Positions 12,721 to 26,473 of a DNA stretch of 64,000 nucleotides are shown in pieces. The notes below the pieces were generated by a model. It was given only the letters and a program-made list of their open reading frames with translations, did no database searches and was not told the DNA's origin. The DNA is taken from positions 5,280,102 through 5,344,101 of the forward strand of contig CM082588.2 of NCBI GenBank assembly GCA_040954595.2, in the 5' to 3' direction. Made by a program: the position numbers and the translations under genes. Source of the stretch: Balanoglossus misakiensis (taxonomy: Eukaryota > Animalia > Hemichordata). Every line of letters begins with the position of its first letter. Position 1 is the stretch's first letter.

Positions 12721-15118
12721 ATGGCGTCCAACGACAGAGCTAAAACTGCTGGCGAAACAATCGGCATTGTTGGCTGGTAAGTTCTTGCTCTACCTATCTA
12801 TTGTGTGACATATTGGGACCATCTCTCCTGGGACTTAGTTTTCGGAGAGTTCGCACTCTCATATTTGATCGACAAGAAGGTAGCAAAAGCAAGATACAGA
12901 TATATGACCAACAGTTTTACTTTTCAATCATTTCATTATAGATACAAGTACATGTACATGCATTATCGCGTAAGTTTTAATACGGCGAATGAGTCTAGAC
13001 AGCGTTTTGATATCGTACCATTGCAAGCGTGTACACATATGCAACATGCTTTGATCGCCACCATTTTCGCCTATTAAGACTTTCAATCAGCAAGTGTGTG
13101 ATTAAAGCAGACTTTTGACCCACTTTTCATGACCCGAGTGCACCTTTTGACCCGACACGTATTAAAATACTAAGGTTCACGTGTCTATGACTGAATAAAG
13201 CAATATGAGATTCAAATCAGACTTTGAGTTTTTGTCTCGGTATTTCTCATTATAGTGGCCTGATCGGACAGAGTTGGGCCATGTTGTTTGCCAGTGCAGG
13301 TTACAAGGTCAACCTCTACGACATCGACCCATCACTCGTTGCCAATGCCATTGACAAGATCAAGGAATCCCTCCTAGGTCTTGAAAAGGACGGGCTACTC
13401 AAGGGGTCGCTCACTGCAGAGGAGCAGTTTGGTCTCATCTCAGGGTGCAATGAGTTGGCCACAGCAGTCAAAGGGGCCAAACATGTACAGGTGAGGGGAA
13501 TACTAAGCTAACCCAAAGACATGCACGTACTGTGTTTCTCAGCAGTGCTTTTAAAGCCCCAGTAACTCCAACTTTGGGGTATTTTCTCTGAACTTATGTT
13601 TTGGGTATCAACTGTGTTTCTTGTTCTACTCTGTAAAACATAAAACAATTGTTCAGTATTTTTTTTCAACTCAGCGCCTTTTGTACCAATCAGCATGGTT
13701 ATTTAATTCAAGTCCGGATTAGAATTCGTTTGTCAACAATAAGAATACACTCGTATACAGACTTTGTTGTGAAGCTATGGGTGATTTTTTCTGCAGGAAT
13801 GTGTTCCGGAGAACTTAGATCTGAAGAAGAAAGTCATGGGGCAGATAGATGAAGTGGCCGATGACCACACAGTCTTGTCCAGTTCCACGTCAACTCTGCT
13901 ACCATCTTTGTTTACAGAGAATCTTAAACATCGCAATAATGCTATAGTTTCCCATCCTGTAAGTTGTTATGAGTTTCTCTATCTTACTATTGTGAATAAC
14001 TTGGACCCACTTCTTTCATTTTGATCGTACAATAAACCCAAATTGTTAATGATTGATGCCCAGTATTTATGTTTTCCCGTTTTCAGGTAAATCCCCCTTA
14101 TCATGTACCTCTTGTGGAAATTGTACCAGCGCCTTGGACGGACAAGGATGTGGTCACAAATACAAGGACTTTACTGGAAGAGATTGGGCTAAAGCCAATA
14201 ACCTTGGCCAGAGAGAAGATTGGTTTCGTGCTGAATAGAATACAGCATGCCATTCACAATGAATGTTTCCGTCTAGTTGAGGTGAGTCTTTGTTTTCAAA
14301 ATATAGCGATTTGTATCTCTTATGAGAATGAATACTTATCTCTTTGACTGCTGCATTAAGGTAGTACAATAGCTCTGGATCATCATTGTTATAATTAGAA
14401 AGTGAAGTTACTCTATCTTATATTATTGTCTTGATAGGAAGGCATCGTGTCGACCGATGACATAGACACCTCGATTAAATGGGGACTTGGTATGAGATAC
14501 GCATTCATGGGACCATTCGAAACATCACATCTAAACGCTGAAGGTAATTAATATAAGTTATGAGAAATGTTTACTTCTTAGAAATGAACCACCTTAGACC
14601 TCCATTGCATATGCCACTGTGGGTCAGTCCAAACCCATTGTTTTCTAGGGGGGGGGGGGTTGGACCTCTAAAGAGGAAACTGGGGGTGAAAGGGTTAAAG
14701 TTAGGTGTGACTTGCTTTCTTTCATTCTGTGAGATAGGTACATAATCTTACTCTCATAGCCAACATATTGCATCTAGTGTTGGTAGGTGACGCACACCAT
14801 ATGATAGTTAATTTCGCTGAATCGCAATGCAGGTCACAGGCGAGGGAGGTGTGTTACAACATGATCTCATTCATTTCTTTTACATCCGCAGGCCTGAAAA
14901 GCTACTGTGATCGCTACGGCCAGGCGATGAGAGCCGTGACTCAAGACTTTGGACCGATACCAAGCTACGTGGGACCCCTGGTGGATTCTTTGTCTGAAGA
15001 GATGAACAAGAAGATACCCTTGGATAAACTCAACGAACGCCGGCAGTGGCGGGACAAACGACTGATCGCTCTGGCCAAACTGAAGAAAGATCTTGATGAG
15101 AAAGATGCAAGTAAATAA
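12721..15118 (+). CDS. CRYL1: Lambda-crystallin homolog / L-gulonate 3-dehydrogenase, copy A (6 exons, 326 aa)
   Basis: Exons 12721-12776, 13256-13490, 13797-13958, 14087-14281, 14438-14543, 14892-15118. All introns are GT-AG, phases are consistent, total 981 nt. Motifs: [18 protein letters not shown] (Rossmann GxGxxG), [62 protein letters not shown]. Confidence 0.95.
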
Positions 15119-15393
15119 TCCCCCCCCCCCTCGTGTCTTTATCTGAAGCCTCGTTATCTATCAGTTTCGATATGGTAGTTTTTAAAAAGGTTTTCCAAAG
15201 TGTGACCACTGACAGGCAAGTTTGTCAATACTTTCGACGAACATAATAAAGACCTTCTCAGGAAATAGAATTGTCTGTCCTTTCATATGGTGACTTCGGC
15301 TTCGTTGTGATACGGGTGTGCGCATTTAGCGGAATAGCAGAAAAACAAAGTTAAATAATTTCGCGTCGAGTGAGGGCGGTTCAACGATCCAAA

Positions 15394-17595
15394 ATGGCGT
15401 CCAACCAAGCAGCGAAGTTCAAAGACGAAAAGATCGGCATTGTTGGCAGGTAAGCAATCGTTCTTCGACCCTTGTGCGTACCTCATGTTAACACATCGGT
15501 TCACAAGTGTCTGTAGTTTACAAATTGAGTATTCAAAATCGACGTCAGCCAAGGGATCATATCATCAATCATGCCACTGCCAGTTGTCAACTTTGCCTGG
15601 CCATGTCAATATACACCTTGTTTCTTTCATGAGGTTGTAGGGGGCGTTTCCGTCTGATCACTGTATCGTGAGTATTTGCTTATTTCCTCAATTATGTCAG
15701 CACACCTCTGTGCTGCTAATCATGGGGCTGGCATCCCTGTACACCATGCAAGTGTGTGGTACTGCGCTAAATTCGAATACGACAGATACTGAAACTGACA
15801 TGGAACACGGCCCCTCCCCTTATCAGTGTTGCGTAACCCGGTAGCGTAACCAGAGCAATTGCAGTTCACCAAATAACAAGCTAAAGGCGAGGCTGAGGTT
15901 TATGATGGTGTGTTGCACTTAAAATAATTGTATTCTTCATCTGGAATGCAGTCAACTCACAGACATGTCTTCACTTCTATCTACAGTGGCCTGATCGGAC
16001 AGAGTTGGGCCATGCTGTTTGCCAGTGCAGGTTACAAGGTCAACCTGTACGACATCGACCCATCACTCGTTGCCAATGCCATTGACAAGATCAAGGAATC
16101 TCTCCTAGGTCTAGAAAAAGACGGGCTACTCAAGGGGTCGTTCACTGCAGAGGAGCAGTTTGGTCTCATCTCAGGGTGCAATGAGTTAGCCACAGCAGTC
16201 AAAGGGGCCAAACATGTACAGGTGAGGGGAATACAAATCAGTAGTTCCAATATCAAATGAAGATAACCCAAAGACATACACTTACTGTGTTTCTCAGCAG
16301 GGCTTTTAAAGCCCCAGCAACTTCAACTTTGGGCTATTTTCTCTGTTTTTCTTATGTTTTGGGTGTCAAGTCAGCATGGTTAATATTAAAAATTTAATTT
16401 TTCCTTTTTCCAGGAATGTGTTCCGGAGAACTTAGATCTGAAGAAGAAAGTCATGGGGCAGATAGATGAAGTGGCCGATGACCACACTGTCTTGTCCAGT
16501 TCTACATCAACTCTGCTACCATCTTTGTTTACAGAGAATCTTAAACATCGCAAAAATGCTATAGTGTCCCATCCTGTAAGTTGTTATGAGTTTCTCTATC
16601 ATACTATTATGAATAACTAGGAACCACTTCTTTCAATTTGATCGTACAATAAACACCAATTTTCATAATGTTGACCAATGTTTATATTTTCCCATTTTCA
16701 GGTAAATCCCCCTTATCATGTACCTTTCGTGGAAATCGTACCAGCCCCTTGGACAGACAAGGATGTGGTCACAAATACAAGGACTTTATTGGAAGAGATT
16801 GGGCTAAAGCCAATCACCATGGCCAGAGAGAAAACGGGTTTCGTGCTGAATAGAATACAATATGCCATTCACAATGAGTGCTTCCGTCTAGTTGAGGTGA
16901 GTCTTTGTTTCAAAATACAGTGCTTTATAATTTTATCATCATCATCATTAGAAAGTGGAGTCACTTTATCTTATTTTTCGTCTTGATAGGAAGGCATTGT
17001 AACAACTGATGACATAGACACCACAATGAAATGGGGACTTGGTATGAGATACGCATTCATGGGACCATTCGAAACAATACATCTAAACGCTGAAGGTAAT
17101 AAATATGAAATGTGTGGCATGTATACTTCCTAGAAATGAACCACCTCTGATTTCCATGGCATATGCCACTGTCTTCAGCACTTTACCCTTTCACCACAGT
17201 GGGTCAGTCCAAACCCATTGTTTTCTATGATGAGGTTGGACCTCTAAAGAGGGAACTGGGGTGAAAGGGTTAAAGTTTGGTGTGACTTGCTTTCTTTCAG
17301 TGAGACAGGATGCAGACATGGTGTGTTACAATATGATCTCATTCATGTCTTATACTATACATCCGCAGGCCTGAAAAGCTACTGCGATCGCTACGGCCAG
17401 GCTATGAGAGCCGTGACTCAAGACTTCGGTCCGATACCAAGCTACGTGGGTCCCCTGGTGGACTCCTTGTCTGAAGAGATGAACAAGAAGATACCGTTGG
17501 ATAAACTCGACGAGCGACGTCAGTGGCGGGACCAACGACTGATCGCTCTGGCCAAACTGAAGAAAGATCTTGATGAGAAAGATGCAAGTAAATAA
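15394..17595 (+). CDS. CRYL1: Lambda-crystallin homolog / L-gulonate 3-dehydrogenase, copy B (6 exons, 326 aa)
   Basis: Exons 15394-15449, 15987-16221, 16414-16575, 16702-16896, 16990-17095, 17369-17595. Exon sizes are identical to copy A (56/235/162/195/106/227). Motifs include IGIVGSGLIG and NRIQYAI. Confidence 0.95.
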
Positions 17596-18151
17596 TCACC
17601 CCCCCCCCCGGGGTAGTGGTTGATTCCTTTGTCACTGTCAGTCGTATGAGGGCGCTGGGCATACACCTGAGAGTGGGGTACATCAGTGAACACAACCTTC
17701 CGGTGCAGGGTACTGAATCTCAATTATTTCTGCCATATTCAATTTCCACTACCTTAAATGAGTTTTTGCTACCTAGGCAAGTGATAAAAATCTCGCGTAG
17801 TTGATAATTCCAATATGGCAGATTTCTACCATGTTTAAATTGAAGGGAGTTCGGAAACTTCTGGAATTTTATAACAGAAAAAAAAATAATAAAAACTATG
17901 CAGACATCTTGTTCTGTAGAATACAAAACCGTAATCATGGTGATGATTTTTGGGATGAAAATGTGAAAACTGATTGACTTTCTCTGTAAGGCTGAACAAG
18001 AAATACATTACTTGTATATTTGTATTTTCAAAGATAATTGGGAATAAAATCGTTAGACGTATAAATTACAGCCAAAACGTTCTGTCTTATTCTGATAACC
18101 CTTTGATAAGTTCTATAATAGACTTCGAGAAGAGATGTGTTCTCAATCATG

Positions 18152-18189
18152 ACATACATACATACATACATACATACATACATACATAC
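18152..18189. repeat. (ACAT)n microsatellite
   Basis: Read directly. It lies between the convergent CRYL1-B and SLCO 3' ends. Confidence 0.9.
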
Positions 18190-18355
18190 CTATCCACTGT
18201 ATCTTTCAAATAATGAGTCTATTAGTAACATTAGCAAGAGTTGTAAATTTTATTGCCTAATATTTCATATTGCACGAGAGGTAGGCGAGAGATTGTCAGA
18301 TTATATACTTCACAAATGTGAAGTTGACTTTGAAATGTTCTTATTCGGTTGGAAA

Positions 18356-21300
18356 CTACTCAGACTCAACGGACCCGTACCCATTGGGAGTTTCCGGTAA
18401 AGCTGTGATGGTTCCATTGCAATGTGCCTGTAACAGCGGAGGAGCATCGGGGTCCACATCTTCGGGAGCTTTGTAAGAGACAAGTCCTAGCACCAGGAAA
18501 ATGGACGTCGCAGTGAGGAAGACGGTCCCCAAAAGAACAAAGGTGCGTCCGAATGTTTGGCCGTCGTAGATCCAACACGATCCTGTGGAGTTGTCTGGCA
18601 GTTGCTCCCACACCAGGCATGTGTGATCGATCGCGGCTCCAAACAAGATACTGCCCGGAATTGAACCTGTCGATGAATATGATTAATAAAACAGTAAAAC
18701 ATTTTGGAAATACCAATAAAATTACTAAGGCACACTTCAATTTCAACATGCTGCTGCTGTTTTAACATGTGGAAATATTCAAAAACGGACAAAATTCATT
18801 AATTTGTTCTATGAGTAATCGTTTTTTTATTAAGTAAAATTTTAAACTAAACATGATAAAAGTTTTATCATAATTTTCGTGTGGGTACTTACCTAGTAAT
18901 CGGTACATCAGTGACTGAATACCCAGTCCAAACGACCTCTGACTGTCCGGTAAAGTTCTGTATGGACGTAAAATGGTAAACCGAAGTTCAATTGTAGGAC
19001 TACTGTGACATATGGCTGAACGGAAAAGTTTTTATAAAAGTACAACGTAAAAAAGTTCTCAAACGGGTGAATTTTAGGAAATGCCACCAAACAGACTTAC
19101 CGCATGGTTACGATCGCCATTGGTGACGTCGGGAGAAAGCCAATCACCATCAAGAAAAACATGGCAAAGATGAAGACAGGAAATTGCCAGCAATCTGTCG
19201 GACATTTTCCACTTATCACTTCCAGCGCCCCTGTGTCGCCCGATTCTACGCAGGAGCAGTTATAATATGCCTGGTAGGAAAAAAAAACGAAAGATGAAAT
19301 AAAATAGAGAGATAGGGGATTAGCTTCATTATAAAGAGCAGATCGTATTTATGTGAGTTTTTTTATTATTCCATGGATGAATGAGTGGTAGTTCAATATT
19401 GGTCCATATACGTCCTTGTTCATTAAATATTTCTGTAACGTTTAGTCATTTTTGTTCGGCGTTTCATGTTCAATGGAAATATTTTGTCCCATGTATGCCT
19501 GCGTTTACAGATTAATTCTAGTCCGGACTGAAATTCAATTTTCAACAAAAACAGGGAGCAGAATGCGTCGTACCATAGTACGAACTTTTTAAAAATATTT
19601 TTCTACAGTCTGTGTGTGCTAAAGACATAAATATGATGTTATTAATCCAATCTTACCAAACCATCAACAGTTCCACCTTGACAGCCTGCGTAACAGGCAT
19701 CGAAGTATTCAATACCGTTGACGCCGCAGACAGGGTCATAGGTCGTGGTGGTGCAGTGGCAGTCTGCGTTGCATTGGTTGTCTAATGTGACGTCATCGGG
19801 GCGAATATCACTGTGGAAGAAAACAAAAATTGGACAGTTTGAAATCTGCAATGCGCTCTGGATGTGTTTGACAGCGCCTATGGGGAATGCTAGCTGTTTA
19901 GAAGAGAATCTGCCATTGGTCCTCCAAAACTCTGAACGATTGCACGTCACGAGCGCATTATCCAACTAACAACACGTCGCCAACATCTGTGATCTTGATA
20001 TGCTAAACAACTTCTCAATCACAGCAACCAATCACAAGCTTCACAAACTCTGCATGCACCTGGTGATTGGATAGTTGTCAGCAAGCGCATTTGTTAGCCG
20101 TCGGCGACGTGCCACTTCCGTCATTCGGAATCAATCTCTGTCCCTTTGACCTACAAACATCATGGCTGAAAGTAGGATCGACAACGACCTATTCATTGCT
20201 CAGAGCAATGTCCGACAACCTATAGTGAACGTGTAGGTCATGACTGCGACAATATGGACTGGATTTTCCAACGTTTTGGTAGCGGCTCATTGGAGATTAT
20301 GTACAACGATCATGGAATGTGACTTGACGAATATCGAGGATGCCCTTTCTCCTGGCTTGCATCCCCAATGCGCACATCCATTACTGTAAGTAACAACTTC
20401 CGTTCATTCTTTCTTGAAACGTGCATATTTTAAGTTATCTATCGACCAGGAATTTTCGATAGTACGTCAGCAAGGTCGAAAAAATGCAGCTTTCAGGAGG
20501 ATCCGTGTGCGAGGTAGAAATAAAACCCTAGTAACCAAAGGTCGAGCCCAGCGCAGAGATTACAGAGAAAGATGGCCGAACCAAGTACATGCATGTGCAC
20601 CTGGAAATCGAAATACCCGAATATTTGTTCTCAAACCTGTACTCACATATCCGGGTCATATGATCTAAACACGCCGGCAAGTGGTTCATCCGGGCATCTC
20701 AGGAAGAAGACGCAGTTGGCCAACAGACCCACCAGACACACCGCCAGCATGAACTTCATGTTTCCCCTGACCTTCAGGTTTGCCTTCTTGATTATCCATC
20801 CGCCGAGCATGCTGCCGAATGCGCCGGCGGGAATGAAGACTGACCCTGGAAACAAAAGATCCGTGTGATTGTTAATGGGGGGTACAGACTTGAAATTATG
20901 TTAAAGGGGCAAAGTCTCTCTCTCACTGCCCTATTTCTATTAATTGTTTGATACAAGACACCATTTATGTTATTCTACATGTGGATATATAGTGAATCAA
21001 CGTTCGACCACACACGACTTCCATCCCGTTTGTAGGATATGAGAGTATAAATCTCGCCAAAATGAATAAATGGTAGAGACTGATTATTCATTTTGGCGGG
21101 CTTTTCACTCGCGTTTCTTCAAGTGGGTGGAAGTTGTGTATGGTCGAACGTTGATTCACATTATATCCACATGTACAATAACATAAATGGTGTCTTGTAT
21201 CAAATATAATTAATGGAAAAGGGGCAGCGAGAGAGAGAGAGACTTTGTCCCTTTAATGGGGGAGGGTACAGACTTGGAATTATGTTAAACTCTGCATACG

Positions 21301-21656
21301 AAGCTTGACTTGTCTTACTTGGTCAGCAACCAATCCTGTGGTTATCATACGAGAGACTATTACCTGCTAGAATACTCGCCACAGATGATGTGATTCCGAA
21401 CTGGTTCTCCATGAAGGACACCAAGAACAGGGCGACGCCGGACACGTACAGCGTCATGCTGCAAATACTCAGCGTGATCATCATGAACGGTGGGTTGGAG
21501 CAGATCATCTTGGTAGCCGGCCAAATGTCGGACCATTTCGTTCCGAAGCCCGGTTGCTGAGCACTTTCTTCTGAGCCGTTCTGGTGTGCTTGGGATTTCC
21601 GCTCGGCTTGAATGCTTACTGTTTCTGTTCGAGGGAAAATAGCCATGTCAATTAAA

Positions 21657-21714
<58 letters not shown>

Positions 21715-21768
21715 GTGACCATCATCATCCGTGACCATCACCACCACCACCACTACAACCACCACCAA

Positions 21769-21842
<74 letters not shown>

Positions 21843-23064
21843 GTGACCATCACCACCACTACTACCACCAACACCATCCCACCATCACCATCAACTTACC
21901 GGGGAGAGCCGATGAGAAGCCGCCGACTGGAAGCGCCGAAAGCAGAGCCAGCAAAGACGCGATCAGAAATCCAAGCCACCAGGCGCCAACCCAAGCCTCG
22001 TCCGAAGGAGTGAGATCAGTTCTGTTTGACGAATAACAAGTCAACGGCACATTATTCATTTTCCATTGGAGTCGAGTGGACGAGTCTCGGCGACAAAGTT
22101 AGTGAATAGTCAAAATGTCAGTAATTGTGAAGGAAAAATGAAAAAGAATGTTTTACTTACTCAACTTGTATGTCAGTGTATATGCTAAGACACACAGCCC
22201 CAAGAACATATCCCAGCGCGATACCAGCATTACTCATTGCCGACAGTATACCTGAAAACGTACATTTTATTACTGTCAGCTAGTCATATAGTAGTCATTC
22301 AGCTGGTATCTGTATTAAAGGCGTACCTTCTTTACCAGGTTTAGTTGAAACCAATCGCTTTGCACCACATAAATGTTTATGTCTAATGCGAGAATCAGGG
22401 ATTGGAAATTACACTTTTACTGCTGAATTCGGAACTCACCTATGTACCAGCCGCTCCTATTGGTCGTCGTATTTTCATCAACCCACGCATAACCAACAGT
22501 GTATATCGGAGCGGCACCGATACCCAGTAATACTTGTGCCAGCAGAAATGAGTAAAAATAGTTTGACAAGGACTGGGTTGTCAAGTGTGCGCTGGCAGGA
22601 GCCGTGACGTTTTCCAGTTCGCACACCGGTAGCGGGGAAAAGCCGGCACCGGCTACGTAGAGACCGCTGGTGAAATGGGGTAAGGACCAGGCCAGGGCGC
22701 CGATGGCCATGACAAGCGCCCCCGCGGCCAGCCACCGCGCCTTGTTTCTGGTCGCGAGGGCGTACGACACGAATGGGACGAGCATCAGAACTGTCAGGTC
22801 ATAGGTGGCCACGATGACGCCAACCTGGGTACTGGAGAGCTGGAACCGCGTGGCAACGGTGCTTGAGACCGCCGGCACCAGGCCGTTTAAGATCGTCCCC
22901 TGTACCATGCATAGACTGCTCATGGCAGTTACAAGCCAATTTATCGTGTTGAATCTCTGCAGACATTCCGGGTGGAAGTTGAGCCAACCATACAGCATCC
23001 CCGAGGATTTGTCCGCGCTCGCCACATCCTCGTCTGCCTCTTTAGATTTGTCCGATGACGTCAT
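18356..23064 (-). CDS. Organic anion transporting polypeptide (OATP/SLCO, SLCO4-like), 9 coding exons, ~665 aa
   Basis: Exons (-): 23064-22440, 22251-22161, 22021-21900, 21624-21364, 20845-20647, 19810-19657, 19270-19101, 18957-18893, 18666-18356. Introns are GT-AG, phases are consistent, total 1998 nt. It has the OATP signature DEAWVGAWWLGFL, a Kazal-like loop CNADCHCTTTTYDPVCGVNGIEYFDACYAGC, plus SLPHF, FGAAIDHTCLVW and GSCWIYD. The ATG at 23064 follows a probable acceptor at 23105, so an upstream exon is possible. Confidence 0.92.
19973..20111. mobile_element. Small degenerate foldback (possible MITE remnant) in SLCO intron
   Basis: CACGTCGCCAAC...GTCGGCGACGTG ends plus an inner inverted pair (acaacttctcaatcac / gtgattggatagttgt). 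Confidence 0.4.
20905..21252. mobile_element. Foldback MITE (~165-bp inverted arms, ~14-bp loop) with TTAA ends, Kolobok-like, in SLCO intron
   Basis: TTAA|AGGGGCAAAGTCTCTCTCTC...GAGAGAGACTTTGTCCCT|TTAA. The arms pair almost throughout (e.g. gatacaagacaccatttatgttatt / aataacataaatggtgtcttgtatc; cgccaaaatgaataa / ttattcattttggcg). Confidence 0.85.
21661..21892. repeat. Compound (CAT)n/(CAC)n microsatellite filling most of an SLCO intron
   Basis: Read directly. It lies between exons 21624-21364 and 22021-21900. Confidence 0.95.
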
Positions 23065-24573
23065 TGTCCAGAACAGTACTTTTGGCTTTTTTTCCACAGA
23101 ATTCCTACAGGAGACTAAGTCAGTATATATCCAATAGGTTTTGTTTGATTTGCGAAAGTGAAAACCTCATGTCCACACCATGGTGATGTCTAGCTCCATG
23201 TTCCACCGTAGAGATATACCATGGAGCTATGCGGAGTACGAAATAGCCTCGTTGACGGAACTCCTGGAAACAAGGTCGCCGTGGAACAGATGTAATTACC
23301 GATTCAGTGGTGATCTTTCGCGTTTGTCGGACAATCATCAAAACAGCGATAAACGCTGGGAATGCCTTTGACGTCGGCGCTCGCTGCTGCTCGTTTGATC
23401 TTCAACATATACTCGATTGTACCTCCTCCATGATGGCGCTAAACACAAGCCGCATTCCCCGTCCGTCACCCAAATCGCGACCTCACAGCTCTAGTATTGG
23501 CCGCAAGAGAAGCAGGCGAAAAACCAAGCTACCCACCGTCATCAAACCTTCTACGATATTCCCGAATAACACACCAGCTTACTACAACTCGTCTAACTGC
23601 ACAGGATTCGACGACAATGGTTCCCCCAGCCTGTACTAATTATTCATTATTACCAAATCGTCACCGTATTGTTCAATGTTTATTTAGAGACTTGAGTACC
23701 CGCATTATTAAACAATGCGACAGCACAATAAACGCGCGATTCATTTCATTTATGGTAATGATTTGGTCCGTGTTTGTCCTTTTAAGTAATCATTTGATTT
23801 GTCGGAAGGAACATATTTGATTTCATGAGAGCACCAATGTGTGGTAATATTTTCGATACGTATTGCACTTTCATTTCCAAAAGAAAATTAATAAAAAATG
23901 GGATAAATGGTTTATTTTGAGCGATTTACCGATTACGAAATTTTGATCGCATTTCATAGACCTTGATTTCTGTTAACCCGAAATTGGCTTAGAAAAGTGC
24001 GCCAGATTATTTGTTTTATTTGGAGAAAGATCTCACTTTGTTACGATGTCAGAATAAAATGAGTGTTTTTTTTTCGCTGCAGTTTACACAGGCTGTTGTT
24101 TGAATCCCAGGTGCGACAATGCTTTTCATCCATATTGCGGAACGCCGTGAAAGTGGTTATCGCCCGTGTGTTGTCTCGTCGTGAATGCGGGTTAGGGCGG
24201 GGCTGGCGGTGAGGTGTGAGGCGGTGTTGTGTCCGCTCACGGCCACTACTTAGCTCCACCACTCATGGACGCCAAGCGTCCTCGAAAGAATAGACTGGAA
24301 GTGAGAACGTACGGGCACATTAACACAGTGAAGTTGTTATTGTTGTTTATATAAGGTGCTAAATACTTGTTACCCCTCTTCCATTGTTTCAGGTAATTAA
24401 GTGTTCCTGGTTTCGTGAAGCAACAACGTTACAATCCCGGCCACCGAACAAAAAATACACAGAGGAATATGAACTGAGGAGCAAGAGCACCTCCGATACT
24501 TGAACAAACAGAACATAAACCAATACCGATCGATCTATGGGGCAAAAACATCAAAAAAAGGTATGAACAGCAT

Positions 24574-24779
24574 GGATTTTATACACGGGGCGATCACCAA
24601 GGTTCTTAAATAGGATTTTATACACGGGGCCGATCACCAAGGTTCTTAAATAGGATTTTATTCACGGGGCCGATCACCAAGGTTCTTAGATAGGATTCTA
24701 TACACGGGGCCGATCACCAAGGTTCTTAGATAGGATTTTATACACGGGGCCGATCACTGACCAAGGTTCTTAGATAGGA
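24574..24779. repeat. 40-bp minisatellite, ~5 copies
   Basis: Unit GGATTTTATACACGGGGCCGATCACCAAGGTTCTTA(A/G)ATA, arranged head-to-tail with no spacers. Confidence 0.92.
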
Positions 24780-26473
24780 GCTTTACATAATTTAAAGTAG
24801 AGAAAAAGAGAACAAGACACAATGATTGATAAAATGTCATACATTCATCTCACGTTTCCAAGGAAATAGTTTACATATATATTTAAGTACAAAAGCGATG
24901 ACTAATTTCTTAAATTACCTTTTCATTAAGTCTACGGATTAGTACATATACAAAAATCATACAGAAAATCCACTTCAAAAGCAATTGCTATATATACATT
25001 TATGAAGCACTCTGTGGATGAAAACGATATCTCCTTCAAATTGTTACAACTAATATAGGTACATGTACATGTAATATAATTACATTAATCATGATTCTAA
25101 TTGCATCAGTAATATTTTAATTATGAAACATCTATTGAAATCAAAATCAGCTGCAAACGAAGCCATATTGATAAATTCAAACATGATACGGAGATCACCT
25201 TTGGTGCACGGAATACATTTAGACTTCTGCTGTTTTCTGTCGTTGATGATGCATTTCACCATCACCGATTGCTGACTCGCAAAGTGACCATGTAATGTTT
25301 GTTTGTTTGTTGATTTTCTCCTTTTGGCTCGCAAGATGCTGGCACTGAAATTCTTGATAATCGGCAGTGTTTGAATAGTACATAAATTTCACCCGCTATT
25401 TTCAATTAATTTTACAATTCATTAAAACGTTGAATCAAAAATCACAATTAGGATGGAAAGGCTACGATTGAACTTACAAAATTTACTCATATTTATTTAG
25501 AACTAGACTAGACACGTCCACTGATTTGCTTGGTATCATCGGCCAATCACAGGGGAAATACTTTCAGAACTGACTGACAAATGACCTATCGGCTTGCACC
25601 TGGTCATAAGGTGTTACACACATACGTACTAATTGACTCTACAATAGGTTTGAAACTTGAAGAACAGGAAAATACAGCAAAGAGATAAAACACAACAAAA
25701 TCCCTCGGTCTGAGAAATCCTAGTAGACTACTACGCGAGACGCGAGAATAGTACCCTTCATCGAGTGGATGAAGCAAACTCGCCGGTCAAAGAATATCTA
25801 AAACACCTTCAGCCTGTAATCCGAACTGAATGTTGATAAAAAAAGAAGTTTAATGCAGTTGTTGAACACAAATCTCTTCGAATACCAGCGCTCATGGAGC
25901 ATGAAGCTTCTGGTGTCGTCGATAAAAACTAAGTACTGCAGTCGCGATACAACAATATCTGATTAACATGAAACTACAACGATTCCCTGATGGGATTGTT
26001 TCAGAGTACAATTTGTAGAGAGTTTGGAAGTTACCTGCTGAGAATGTCTCAGGCGTCTAGGAAAACCGTTCAAATGAAGATCTGTTTAGATATGACATAA
26101 AAACACGTGTTTGACACAGAATTTGTAGATAAAAGACACACATTATTGGTAAAAAATATGTCAATGCCTTTTTAAGGCATCCGTTAGAAAGAATGACAGA
26201 AAAGTAGAGTAGAGTTTTGACACGCATCTAAAAATATCATTCAAACACTTAATCAGCCATGGACCTGTATGATTCCCGTTTGTATTCCAACCAACAGACA
26301 GTGAATTTTCTTCTGGTTGTACATTTGGTATTACTTTTCTAAAAATTAACATGATTGAGAGTCTGTGAAAGAAGCCGATGTCTGTATGAAATATTTGCAA
26401 ACGAATGAACTAGTGGCGTACGACTCTGGTGGTGTGTTCACATCCTGGGGGTTCTTCAGATCCGATCTGTAGT

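Noticed and set aside
24574-24779. 40-bp repeats as a mini-CRISPR
   Set aside because: There are no spacers and the context is eukaryotic.
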